Source: Narcine bancroftii
Taxonomy: Eukaryota
Assembly: GCF_036971445.1 (NCBI RefSeq)
Contig: NC_091469.1
Coordinates: forward strand, 268,522,001-268,586,000
Direction of reading: 5' to 3'
DNA: 64,000 nucleotides
The notes under the pieces are model-generated. The model was not told the DNA's origin. It saw nothing but the letters and a program-made list of their open reading frames with translations, and searched no databases. Positions 24,001 through 36,779 of the stretch are shown piece by piece (the stretch's first letter is position 1; each line of letters begins with the position of its first letter). The translations under genes were made by a program, and so were the position numbers.

Positions 24001-27000
24001 TTTTTTTATCTGCCAATTCTCTTCTTTTAGTTGTGTCTTCCTTCATTGCTAATTCTTTTTCTATATTTACTATTTACCTTTCCAACTGCTCTGTTTCCTG
24101 ATTGTAGTTTTTCTTCATCTTGGTTACATAGCTTATTATTTGCCCTCTGATGAACACTTTATAAGACAACATTTCTAAAATATCAAACATTTCCCTTATT
24201 CTCCTATCTAAAATTTCTTTAACCCCATTCTCCCCTCCCCCTCCTAAGTTGCCCTTTATCCTTTGTCGGGCAACCACATCTCCCCTCTCCATTTGGATTT
24301 GCGAATTCACTCGCAAGCGTCATTTGATTTTGCAGTGACCGTAACTTCCCCCCACCCAGACCCCCCGGAAAAGATTTCAATTTTCATATATAACAAAGGT
24401 CACTCTTTTAATTCCCTCCTTACTTCCTCTCTTCCCTTTCATTCCCTTATTTATTCTTATATATACTCTATATATTTTCATCTAAATACGTTTACACTCA
24501 TGTACACACATATATACCTACACATCTATATATATATATATATATAATATGTTCTTTGGCTTGGCTTCGCGGACGAAGATTTATGGAGGGGGTAAAAAGT
24601 CCACGTCAGCTGCAGGCTCGTTTGTGGCTGACAAGTCCGATGCGGGACAGGCAGACACGATTGCAGCGGTTGCAGGGGAAAATTGGTTGGTTGGGGTTGG
24701 GTGTTGGGTTTTTCCTCCTTTGCCTTTTGTCAGTGAGGTGGGCTCTGCGGTCTTCTTCAAAGGAGGTTGCTGCCCGCCAAACTGTGAGGCGCCAAGATGC
24801 ACGGTTTGAGGCGTTATCAGCCCACTGGCGGTGGTCAATGTGGCAGGCACCAAGAGATTTCTTTAGGCAGTCCTTGTACATTTTCTTTGGTGCAGCTCTG
24901 TCACGGTGGCCAGTGGAGAGCTCGCCATATAACACGATCTTGGGAAGGCGATGGTCCTCCATTCTGGAGACGTGACCCATCCAGCGCAGCTGGATCTTCA
25001 GCAGCGTGGACTCGATGCTGTCGACCTCTGCCATCTCAAGTACTTCGACGTTAGGGATGTAAGCGCTCCAATGGATGTTGAGGATGGAGCGGAGACAACG
25101 CTGGTGGAAGCGTTCTAGGAGCTGTAGGTGGTGCCGGTGGAGGACCCATGATTTGGAGCCGAACAGGAGTGTGGGTATGACAACGGCTCTGTATACGCTT
25201 ATCTTTGTGAGGTTTTTCAGTTGGTTGTTTTTCCAGACTCTTTTGTGTAGTCTTCCAAAGGCGCTATTTGCCTTGGCGAGTCTGTTGTCTATCTCATTGT
25301 CGATCCTTGCATCTGATGAAATGGTGCAGCCGAGATAGGTAAACTGGTTGACCGTTTTGAGTTTTGTGTGCCCGATGGAGATGTGGGGGGGCTGGTAGTC
25401 ATGGTGGGGAGCTGGCTGATGGAGGACTTCAGTTTTCTTCAGGCTGACTTCCAGGCCAAACTACAGGGGAATCACGTTGCTCTCCATTGCAGGCAAAATC
25501 TTTGCTAGGATTCTACTAAATAGAATAATACCTAGTGTCGCCGAGAATATTCTCCCAGAATCACAGTGCGGCTTTCGCGCAAACAGAGGAACTACTGACA
25601 TGGTCTTTGCCCTCAGACAGCTCCAAGAAAAGTGCAGAGAACAAAACAAAGGACTCTACATCACCTTTGTTGACCTCACCAAAGCCTTCGACACCGTGAG
25701 CAGGAAAGGGCTTTGGCAAATACTAGAGTGCATCGGATGTCCCCCAAAGTTCCTCAACATGATTATCCAACTGCACGAAAACCAACAAGGTCGGGTCAGA
25801 TACAGCAATGAGCTCTCTGAACCCTTCTCCATTAACAATGGCGTGAAGCAAGGCTGTGTTCTCGCACCAACCCTCTTTTCAATCTTCTTCAGCATGATGC
25901 TGAACCAAGCCATGAAAGACCCCAACAATGAAGACGCTGTTTACATCCGGTACCGCACGGATGGCAGTCTCTTCAATCTGAGGCGCCTGCAAGCTCACAC
26001 CAAGACACAAGAGAAACTTGTCCATGAACTACTCTTTGCAGACGATGCCGCTTTAGTTGCCCATTCAGAGCCAGCTCTTCAGCGCTTGACGTCCTGCTTT
26101 GCGGAAACTGCCAAAATATATATATATATATATATACCCATATACACACATACATATAGTTCGTGGTCATTTTTACTCTCGTTACATGTCTTCATCTCTG
26201 CCTGTTTTGTAGTTGTTCTGCAAATTTTCGTGCTTCCTCCGGATCCGAGAATAGTCTGTTTTGCTGCCCTGGAATAACTATTTTATGTACCGCTGGGTAC
26301 TTCAACATAAATTTATATCCTTTTTTTCCATAGGATCGTTTTTGCTGTATAAAACTCCTTTCTCTTCTTCAGGAGTTCAAAACTTATGTCTGGATAAAAA
26401 AAAAATTTTGACCTTTGTATTCCAGTGGCTTTTTGTCTTCTCTTATTTTCTTCATTGCTTTCTCCAATATATTTTCTCTTGTTGTATATCTTAAGAATTT
26501 TACTAAAATGGATCTTGGTTTTTGGTGCGGCTGTGGTTTCGGGGCTAATGTTCTATGTGCCCTTTCTATTTCCATTTCTTCCTGTAATTCTGGTTTTCCT
26601 AGGACCCTGGGGATCCAATCTTTTATAAATTCTCTCATATTCTTGCCTTCTTCATCTTCCTTAAGGCCCACTATCTTTATATTATTTCTTCTATTATAGT
26701 TTTCCATTATATCGATCTTCTGAGCTAACAGCTCTTGTGCCTCTTTAACTTTTTTATTAGATTCTTCTAATTTCTCTTTTAAGTCCTCTATTTCCATTTC
26801 TACGATTGTTTCTCATTCTTCCACATTGTTCACTCTTTTTCCTATATCTGACACGACCATCTCTATTTTATTCATTTTTTTCTTCTGCACTTTTAATTCT
26901 TCTTTTTATTTCATTAAATTCTTGTAATTGCCATTCTTTTACTGATTCCATATATTCTTTAAAAAAAAATATCCATTGTCTTGCCTTTCCCTTCTTCTTC

Positions 27001-27537
27001 CATTTCTCTATGTTCTTCTTCTCCTTCCTCTGGGTTGGCCATCTGTTGTTTCCTTGTTTTCTTTTAACTCTCTTCTTTCTTGTTCTCCTCGTTGTTTTCT
27101 GTGTTCTCTTCCTGTTGCTGTGTTGCAGCTGTCATCCTCAGCTGTAGAGATCGACTCCTCAGCTGTTCCCCCCTCCCGTCAGTGTTTTTTTTCATGCGCA
27201 TGCGCGGTTGCGCACTTTTACTCGGCTCTGCGAGCCATTTTTGTAGTCCCGAGCTCGGGACTTCCACCAACCTTAGGGAGCGGGCTTCTCTCTCTGCAGC
27301 GGGCCTCCTCGGACAGGGAAGGCCTTCACCTTCTTCTTCTGACGTTCTTTCTTCTTCTCTTCTTCCCATTGCTTTCGACTTTTCTCTCTTCGCTGCCATT
27401 TTCTTCCCACCTTTACTTTTACTTTATTTTAATTTTTATTCTTGCACCTCTGTGTTTTGTGTATTTTTTGTAGACTTTTCCGGCGAAGGCTGGAGTTCCC
27501 TGACCGGCCACTACTCCATCACGTGAATCCTACTCCT
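21038..27537 (-). mobile_element. L1/Tx1-clade LINE with intact 5' end, disrupted ORF1, and ORF2 lacking the endonuclease domain
   Basis: ORF1 from 27399 (MAAKREKSK..ENYNRRNNIKIVG), RT motifs (TRQGCPLS, LFADD), poly(T) at the left end, 7-bp TSD acatgtc at 21031-21037 and 27538-27544. Confidence 0.88.
24549..26115 (-). mobile_element. RTE LINE with 5' inversion (minus 24549-25460, plus 25461-26115) inserted in (TA)n
   Basis: The plus arm encodes RT (QCGFR, FVDLTKAFD, GVKQGCVLAP, LFADD) ending at AETAK; the minus arm resumes at (M)FGLEVS. Confidence 0.92.
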
Positions 27538-28263
27538 ACATGTCCAATAAATTTTTCTGTATAAATATAGAACCGTGAGACACTAGGCAGATCCCTTGTC
27601 ATGGGATTAGCTGTAGGCACTAGTGCCTACTCCCCCCCCCACCCCTTTGGGAACTAAAGGTGTAGGTTTTCTCCATCCAGCTCCTATTGGAACATCCTTG
27701 AATTTAGCATTTTGGAAAATGAAAACAATGTATCAACAATCTATAAAATAATATAAGCACGATTTACAAATGTATCATCTCTGAATTTTTTTTTAAAGTA
27801 CAAATGCTAGAAATCTAAAATTTAAAGAAAAAGTTGGAAGTGGTGAACAGGGGTAGGTCACACCTGTGGGAAGAGAAGCAGAATATTTCAAACTGAGAAG
27901 ACCCTTCATCAGAACGGGGAAGAAGGAGAGGAATGAAGTTTGATGGCTGTTGCTGGGCGTAAAACTGGGGTTTACTGACGAAGGCGCTACTAATGGCAAC
28001 ATTGACTTAGAGTTAGCTACACTAACCCAGGCTGCCGTCGACTAACAGGAAATGGTGTGTGTGGGGCCACCAGTGTCTGTTGCAATCCCATTAACTCCAC
28101 CGATGCAGCAACTTTCAGGGCGCACTTGGGGTGGGGGAGCCGTCCGAGCAGTGAAACAACCCCCCCCCCCCCCCCCCCGGAGTGGTTGGAAGCTCACTGT
28201 CGCTCAGGGTGGGCGTTGGCCCGGCCGCGACTGGGGAGCGTGGCTGCGCGGCGCAGTGCGTCG

Positions 28264-28279
28264 TTCCCGAAAGTGAAAG
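28264..28279 (+). promoter_or_regulatory. Overlapping GAS-like (TTCCCGAAA) and ISRE/IRF-E (GAAAGTGAAAG) motif
   Basis: Matches TTNCNNNAA and GAAANNGAAA, about 70 bp upstream of the first ATG. Confidence 0.6.
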
Positions 28280-28345
28280 GACACAGGCTGTGCCGGAGCG
28301 ACCAAGGCTTCAACCGAGGGAAAGGGAGCTGGGGGTGGGGGGGCA

Positions 28346-28421
28346 ATGGTGGGCACCGGGAAGCCGATGCTGCGCCTCGTCCTGGGGATGGTCGCGCTCC
28401 TCGCTCTGCCCCGACTTTCAG
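28346..28421 (+). CDS. NCR3LG1: B7-H6-like gene, exon 1: signal peptide
   Basis: MVGTGKPMLRLVLGMVALLALPRLS (alternative ATG at 28367), donor CAG|GTAAGA, phase 1, compatible with the V exon. Confidence 0.72.
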
Positions 28422-28791
28422 GTAAGATGCGTGGCGAGAGCCGGCAGACGGACGGCGCTGGAGCGGCCCTGGCCGCGACTTCCAGGCACAATGAAGGCCA
28501 AGTGAATCCACCAGTTAATGGCTTTAACGATTAATCACCGGTTTCATAATTGTATCGAAGTCGTGTGGGTTGTTACTGCGCCCTGAGGCTCTTTGACTGG
28601 AAACTGGTTCCGACGTGGGAGTGGTGATTGGACCCCCCTCCCCCCACCTTCCCCAGAACGTACGCGATACATTGCGAACAATTGCAATTACTCCAGCAGT
28701 AGCAGAAACTGATACAACGAGGTGTTTTGGGGTGGTGGGGGTCCAACCACTACTCCCACGTCGGAACCACGTTTCCAGGTTCCCACAGGTG

Positions 28792-30725
28792 TGTGAGAAA
28801 CAGAAGTACCTTCACAGAATTTGCTTGAGACAAAAATTGAGAACAAAGAACTTTTATTCTACTATTACAACAATGCAAAGTTGGGTGCTTACCCTGGGAA
28901 TACACACAGATACTGAGGCTGACCCAACTTTTATACATTTCATTTCAGTCCAGAGATACCTTCCCCCTAACATTCTTCTGCCTCCTGGATTGGTTTAGCA
29001 TTAGGTAATTCTGCCCACGTGGATTCTAACTTCTTATCAGTTTATGTGCCTTCCTGCAAACTTGTTAGCCAGGAAATATCATGTCTTTGTTCTTGACTCA
29101 TTAATCAATCCTCAAGACTTGCTAAAGCTATTTACTTGCTATCCTGTTTTGAAGATCCTTATTTTATTATACTTTTATAACCCTTCCTCCCATTCCAGCA
29201 TCCCTTCACCCTGATTTAACCCATAATTCTTTTTCTTTGGCTTGGCTTCGCGGACGAAGATTTATGGAGGGGGTAAAAGTCCACGTCAGCTGCAGGCTCG
29301 ATTGTGGCTGACAAGTCCGATGCGGGACAGGCAGACACGGTTGCAGCGGTTGCAGGGGAAAATTGGTGGGTTGGGGTTGGGTGTTGGGTTTTTCCTCCTT
29401 TGTCTTTTGTCAGTGAGGTGGGCTCTGCGGTCTTCTTCAAAGGAGGTTGCTGCCCGCCGAACTGTGAGGCGCCAAGATGCACGGTTGGAGGCGATATCAG
29501 CCCACTGGCGGTGGTCAATGTGGCAGGCACCAAGAGATTTCTTTAGGCAGTCCTTGTACCTCTTCTTTGGTGCACCTCTGTCATGGTGGCCAGTGGAGAG
29601 CTCGCCGTATAATACGATCTTGGGAAGGCGATGGTCCTCCATTCTAGAGACGTGACCCTCCCAGCGCAGCTGGATCTTCAGCAGCGTGGACTCGATGCTG
29701 TCGGCCAATGCCATCTCGAGTACTTCGATGTTAGGGATGAAGGCGCTCCAATGAATGTTGAGGATGGAGCGGAGACAACGCTGGTGGAAGCGTTCTAGGA
29801 GCCGTAGGTGATGCCGGTAGAGGACCCATGATTCGGAGCCGAACAGGAGTGTGGGTATGACAACGGCTCTGTATACGCTTATCTTTGTGAGGTTTTTCAG
29901 TTGGTTGTTTTTCCAGACTCTTTTGGTAGTCTTCCAAAGGCGCTATTTGCCTTGGCGAGTCTGTTGTCTATCTCATTGTCGATCCTTGCATCTGATGAAA
30001 TGGTGCAGCCGAGATAGGTAAACTGGTTGACCGTTTTGAGTTTTGTGTGCCCGATGGAGATGTGGGGGGGCTGGTAGTCATGGTGGGGAGCTGGCTGATG
30101 GAGGACCTCAGTTTTCTTCAGGCTGACTTCCAGGCCAAACATTTTGGCAGTTTCCGCAAAACAGGACGTCAAGCGCTGAAGAGCTGGCTCTGAATGGGCA
30201 ACTAAAGCGGCATCGTCTGCAAAGAGTAGTTCACGGACAAGTTTCTCTTGTGTCTTGGTGTGAGCTTGCAGGCGCCTCAGATTGAAGAGACTGCCATCCG
30301 TGCGGTACCGGATGTAAACAGCGTCTTCATTGTTGAGGTCTTTCATGGCTTGGTTCAGCATCATGCTGAAGAAGATTGTAAAGAGGGTTGGTGCGAGAAC
30401 ACAGCCTTGCTTCACGCCATTGTTAATGGAGAAGGGTTCAGAGAGCTCATTGCTGTATCTGACCCGACCTTGTTGGTTTTCGTGCAGTTGGATAACCATG
30501 TTGAGGAACTTTGGGGGGCATCCGAGGCGCTCTAGTATTTGCCAAAGCCCTTTCCTGCTCACGGTGTTGAAGGCTTTGGTGAGGTCAACAAAGGTGATGT
30601 AGAGTCCTTTGTTTTGTTCTCTGCTGACTCCTCCCATTCCAGCATCCCTTCACCCTGATTTAACCCATAATACTTCATCCTTAATTAGCACTTGCTTGAC
30701 TCCTCACATTCCAGTATCCCTTACA
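28792..30725 (-). mobile_element. Solo LTR, antisense in intron 1, interrupted by an RTE
   Basis: Minus strand TGTAAG...CTCACA, 4-bp TSD GGTG, minus-strand TATA near 28933 and AATAAA near 28855. Confidence 0.7.
29228..30624 (-). mobile_element. RTE LINE, 5'-truncated, young
   Basis: RT ORF 29897-30637 and C-terminal ORF 29286-29714; nearly identical to 24549-26115. Confidence 0.93.
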
Positions 30726-32361
30726 GGTGGAATTACCTGCCTTGCATCGGGCCATGTTTCTCATTTAATTTAATGATGTAATATCTCTTTTCCCGGGCTT
30801 TTTTTGTTTAAAAAGAGACCCTTTTTGATAATTGTGAGACCAAGGGAATTTTTATTTCCAGTGAAATGAAACTTTCCTGGAGTTGTTTCAGCGAGACCAC
30901 AGTGGATCTGTATTTGTATCTTGATTTTTTTTTTTAATTTCCCCTCCCCCGGGATATCGCATCACTGCCAATGTCTGTATCTATTGACATCCTGAATTAC
31001 CTGTAAACTAAGAAGGTGATTTAGAGTTAACCACATGGTGGGGATTTCCTTCCCCCAAGTAACTTTTAATGATTTTTTTTTACAGGATGTTTCTGGTCAC
31101 TATTTACTGAAATCCAGAATATTTTTCAACTCTAGATTTATTTACTTTTTGGATATTCTAAACTGTCAGTTCCAGTTCTGAACTCCTCTACTCCAATTTT
31201 TTTTTGGTTGATAAGCCCCTTTCTCCCCCTCCCCCCCCCCCCCCCATGAGACACTGAAATTTTTCCTGAATGGCCAGACTTTAATTTCTTGCTTCATTCT
31301 TCATGATTTATCCGTACTATTGAATCCTTTTTTTGTTGTTTTAAACCATTTGATTAAATCACCCATCAATTGTAACTTTGTATAAGTTAGCCTTCTAATT
31401 GTTAAAAAATAAACTTAAGTTGATGTGTGTCAATGCTAAAAACTGCACACACATTTCCTCCAGTTTACAAATGAGCAATTTGCAGACACCAATACATATG
31501 AACATACTCCCATAACATAATTAAATTAAAAAAAAAACAACTGTAGAACTAATTTCCTCTCTTTCCATTTTTATAAATTGTTCTTATCAGTTTTTGATGC
31601 CATTCATTATAATACTGTGCAGGTATAGTTACCATATTGAGAAAATTTTCTGACTTGTGGGCATAATTGATTTAAGGACGTTATAAAAACAGAATCTGCT
31701 CATGACATGGGCAATACCCGTGGTGTTCAAAAGAATCCATTGAACTTCACTTCTGTGAAGTGAGCATGTCGCAAAATATTTTGGTACTCTGTTCTATACA
31801 TCCCAAATATATTATTATTCTGGTTTATCATTTAAAATGGAATGAGTATGTCATATGGGTTTTGAACAAGAATTTTGAAATATTTATTTTGTCCATACCA
31901 GACATTGGCAATTTCTCTCTGTTTCAGAAAGGAATGTAGTTTCTCGAAGTCGTCAGTGTCTCCTATCAACCAGCTTTGTGCTCAGGGGTATAGCTGCACT
32001 GCCAAACATTCCACATCTAACTATAACAAAGGTTTGGAAAAAGAAAATGTGTCAGTATGTATGAAAAGAGAAAATGATGAAAAAAAAATCATGGAAAATA
32101 TGAAAATATGGATATAGTTAGTTTACAGTCAAAGAGAATATGTTCGAGCCAGGAAAGGGAGAAACCAAGTTAGCTTGAAGTTGTGGAAGGAGGATGACGA
32201 GAATTACAACAAGAATAAGACGTTGATGAAATAATCTGCTTGATGGATTCATTAGGACAATTGGAGTTCAATAATTCAAACAAGAAAACTTGAGAAAAAG
32301 ATGAAGGGAATTTGAGAAAAACACAAAGAAGTGTAAAAGCTGTGAAATGTAAAGAATAAGG

Positions 32362-33161
32362 CAGGGGTGTCAAACTCAAATTCACAGAGGGCCAAAATTA
32401 AAAACTTGGACTAAGTCGTGGGCCAAACTAAATATTTATTGAAAATTTTCAACAACATCTGCATGTTTTATCTTCTTTCAACATATGTAATGTTAAACTT
32501 TTTCTTATTAAAATAAATGTTTAATAATAGTTTTGGTTAAACTCTTTCCAGAAGAAGCATTAACAAATGAGAAATAAAATATTCAATAAATTATATTTCT
32601 CTATAGCATTTAAGCTCCTTTTAAATGTATTTTTTTTCACAAGCCAACAAGTCAAAAAAATAACTTGCTTCAATGAAAATCCAATCTTTCAACTATGAAC
32701 AGTCGAAAGTTAACCAAAGAAAATATTAATCCAAGCTTAGCTTGCTACACTGTGATTTACTCTGATGCACCTGGGTCTAAACCAAATACTTGGCATCTCT
32801 TCTTAGATGCAAGTTCATCAAACTCTGGGGTCAGAGTTTGCCTCCCACCTGTGTTGAAAGGTCCTGTTTTCTGTCTTTCGTTTGGCCATTTTTCATAAGG
32901 GGTTTATTACATGTGAGTTGGGCGACAGGTCGCAGATGCTAATGAAAGTAAAGAGAGGAGGTGGGGGCGTTTAGCGGCTGATGGGCCGGCGCCAATGCAT
33001 TTGCAAAGCATTCTGGGATTTGTAGTATTAGCTGTGCATGCGCTATACTGGCGCGGCGGCCAGCGGGCCAGCTCTAATACATATTTGATATGATCTTGCG
33101 GGCCAAATATAATTATATCATGGGCCAAATTTGGCCCGCGGGCCTGAGTTTGACATGTGTG
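32362..33161 (-). mobile_element. Internally deleted hAT/Charlie (GTF2IRD2-like transposase) DNA transposon
   Basis: TIR CAGGGGTGTCAAACTCA / TGAGTTTGACATGTGTG, 8-bp TSD GAATAAGG. The minus strand joins the N-terminus MAKRKTENRTFQHRWEA to the C-terminus PEFDELASKKRCQV. Confidence 0.8.
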
Positions 33162-34639
33162 GAATAAGGGAATGCCAAGGAGGTCAGACCTTGCCAATGG
33201 AGAGCTGAAAAACTGAGCCAATAACACAGGTTAATGGCCCAAGCTGTTGAATTCACAATTCTATTTGCCTGGATAAAAGACAAAGTGTTATTCGTCAACC
33301 TTGAGTTAGGCCTGATTCCAGCTGTTCAGAAGACCACAGGACAGATCAATATGAGAGTGGAATGGAAAACTGAATTGGCAGGAAGCGGAAAGTTCAAAAT
33401 CTTCTCCATACACTGAACAACGGTGATTCAGAAAGCAGACATCAGATATCGCTTGGATTCTCCAAAGTACAGGAGACAACATTCCACGCATTGACTGTAT
33501 TACACTGGATTGGAAAAAGTACAAATGAATCATTTCACTTAGAAAGTTTGTATTCTAAATGGCAGAAAAGACAGATGTTGCATATCCAGTGGTTGCTTGG
33601 GAAGTGCCATGAGAAGGAGAGTTTTTTTTTTGGAGGGGGGAAAGGAAGAGCAGACCAAGGATTTCCAAAGAAAACTATATCTTCAGAATGGTGAAAGAAA
33701 AGGAGAGAAAGTTGTGACTAGTGGTAGTATCTCATTGCAAATATTGGAAATGGTAAAGAATTGAATGTAAGGGGTGTGAGGGTTGAAAGTGAGGATTGGG
33801 AACTCTGCTATCACCAATAATCTTTAGGTCACTTTAAATTGTTATTTTTTAAAAATTCATATGTAAAGGAGGAAGCATATCAGTGAAATTTGAATTTGAT
33901 CTTTGCATTCCAGGTGGATAAAGCCATCAGCCATTTAAGTTAAATTGCATGACATTATTGTAGCAATCCAGATAGAAGGGAACAATCAGATAAATATTGT
34001 GACCATATGAATGAGAATAATTGCTCAAAATGTGTTCTAAATTCCCTATCCCATGGTGTGTGGATATTGTGGGTATTGAATGAGGAAGTGGATGCATTTT
34101 TAAATAATCAGGAAATTGAGGTTGTTGGGGAAATTGAACAGAAAAGCAGTTAAGACCTTGGGTCAATAATCCATGATCATATAGTAGGGCAAACAAATGG
34201 CTGAGTATCTTATTCCAGTTCTTATTTTTGCATGTTCCCATGGCAGCTTCCCATTATGTCGGGGGATCTGTCCCATTGCATACTTTACTGTTTCCACCAT
34301 TTTCTGAAATCATGTCAAAATGGAAGCCTGAAGGTGGGCTTAATGAGCCTCTTTCAAATTGGGAAACCAGGAGGAAAGATTTTTATGATTGTCCTTCAGA
34401 ACTGCTATCCTTAGGATTCCTGACCATTGTTGGCCGATTTCACAATGCTGATAAAACATTACTGAGCAAAGATCTCAACTGCTCAAACAGCCTCTGTGGA
34501 GGCAAAGTGATAGCGGACATTTCAGGTGGAGACTGCCACCGGACAATATTATTGACTATAAGTGAGGTTGATTGGTTGAGTCTGTTGGAGATGTGTCACA
34601 TAATGCTTGTGGCTAGGAGAAGGGCAATGACAATGGAAA

Positions 34640-34900
34640 CATGGTGGCACATTGGCTGACACAGATTTCTGCCAGTGGACACCCTGGTTCAATTCTGATC
34701 ATCAATGCTATATGATGCTCCCATGCTTCTGCCTGTGTCCATGTGAATATTCCCTGAGTGCTCTGGTTTCCGCCCACATCCCAACGACCAGCAGATTGGT
34801 GGACTAAATGCTGGAATCTGGGGAGGGTGATCCGAATTTGGGAGAGATTAAAAAACAATTAGTGTAAATGAGTACTTGATCATCAGCATGGACTCAGTGA
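34640..34900 (+). mobile_element. tRNA-derived SINE remnant
   Basis: B-box-like ggttcaattc and the core gtgctctggtttccgcccacatccca; a related minus copy lies at about 61190-61445. Confidence 0.45.
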
Positions 34901-35389
34901 CCATGAAGTCACTCGTGTATGTGATTTGGCATAATATGAGTAGGTAAGTTTGCGAGATATGTGGTACTTTAATTGATATCTGAGTGATGGGGTGAGGTTG
35001 AGAGTGAGGGTTGGTGTTGGATTCAGTGAATGAGTTCTTGGGAGAATTGTGAGATAAATGTTGTTAAAATAGATGTACTATATTTGAAGCAAAGGACTTT
35101 ATCTATGAATGGAGTGTCAAATCACTAAAGTAAAATATGGATAACTCCATTCTAATACATCTGATTAGAACGTGGCAAGAAATGAATGAATGTATAAGGA
35201 AAAAAAGTAGGGATATCAATAAAATTGTGTAAAAATGTGCTATTGCCTATGAACATGGGGAATAGAATATTAAATTTGTGGTATGACAAAGGTATAAGAG
35301 TGATTAAGGACTGTTTACATGGAAGGAACTCTTATGTCCTTTGAACAATTAAAACACAAATAAGGAGTGGCCACTTTCTGTTTTCTCCA

Positions 35390-36310
35390 GCTTAGATCAT
35401 TCTTAAGAGAATGATGAGGACCAACATTGACCCCACCTGAAATTAGAGCAAGCAAATGAACGGTTTGGATGGGAAATATATCCAAATTTATAACAAAAAT
35501 GTATTATGCTCTCCAGTGAAAGTGCAAAACCAGGGTTGCAGAGATCAGGGGAAAGATGAGAGTCGGACCTGGGTGATTTCAGAAAGAAGCTGGTCAGATT
35601 GGTGCAAGGACAGCAATACATCAGTTATAAATTCAAGATATGGACTGGTTCAGTATAATTTTTTTACACCAATTATATCTTACCCCACAAAAGTTACACA
35701 GATCAAAAGCCAAAATTTCAGAGATGTGTTTCAGATGTTGGACTGAGACAGGAACTTTTTGATGTGGTCTTGTGTGAAAGTGAGGCCATTTTGGCAAGAA
35801 ATTGCATAAAAATTAATCATGATAACAGGAGTGGCCAACATGGGCGACCCAGAGTTGTATCGATTGGGTAATTTCATGAAAATAAGTGACAAATTGACCA
35901 AATATCAAATCTTATTTATGAAAATAACATTGGTGATAGCAAAAAAAATGTATCTCGATCATTTGGAAGTCTGACTCACCTCTAATTATAGCACGATGGA
36001 TTGCAGAAATGAACAGCTGTATACCTATGGAAAATAAAATCACATATAGCTTAAAGAATAAATATGACACTTTTGTAAAGGTCTGTCAGCCATACCTGGA
36101 CCACATAGGAAGAAAAAAGGGTATAAAAGTAATTATATATAAAATATAGTTTCCCTCTACTGTACTCTATATCTTAAAATATATGTAAACTCTGATGGTG
36201 AATGGATCTGTATTTGGGGGTGGGGGGGGGGAACGGGACTGTTTTTTGTTTGTTGTGTTTGTGATTGTATATTCAAAATATCACTATGTATAATTTTGAA
36301 AAAAAAATTT
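35390..36310 (+). mobile_element. L1 ORF2 3' fragment with 3' UTR
   Basis: RYGLVQYNF.., CIPMENKITY, G-tract and A-tail. Confidence 0.65.
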
Positions 36311-36779
36311 AAGTTGAACTTGTTGCCAAAACTTCAGAAACTGCCTGGACTGTTTGTCCAGTGATTCTTCAAGAATTTACTTGGAGTGAGGAGATTCCTA
36401 TGGAAATGAAAGGTAGCCAGGATCTTTATGAGAAAAAAAATTGACCTGGGATTATAATCTGGGCAGATTGTGAATGCCCAAATACTATTGGGCAGCCCAA
36501 TCAAGATGCATCGCCTCCCTCTTCGAGGGGGGATGTGTACTATCCTGGACACAAATCGATCTGCACGTGAGAGGCAAGCAGGTAGCAGAGGACTTTATTT
36601 ATAAATGGGATGCTAAATTGCTATCAGAAAAGAAAGGCTACCCATATTAATTTCCAAAATGTATTACCCTTTAAACAAGACCAGGCAGAATGAAGGAAAG
36701 TTCCAATTCCTGTTCCACATCTAAAACACTGATCTGATAAATCCGATCTCCATCTACTCAATTTCTGAGGAGTAATGTA

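Larger units (their letters stand above)
28040..28500 (+). promoter_or_regulatory. CpG island / promoter of the B7-H6-like gene
   Basis: A non-repeat GC- and CpG-rich stretch in an otherwise AT-rich window; it overlaps the signal-peptide exon and contains GC/GT boxes. Confidence 0.75.

Noticed and set aside
29185-30671. 43-bp direct repeat flanking the RTE as an exceptionally long TSD
   Set aside because: The LTR has a related internal repeat near 30697, so a pre-existing U3 repeat cannot be excluded.
31926-32117. Possible extra exon after the acceptor-like ttctctctgtttcag
   Set aside because: No recognisable domain or convincing donor; the SP exon already splices in frame to the V exon.
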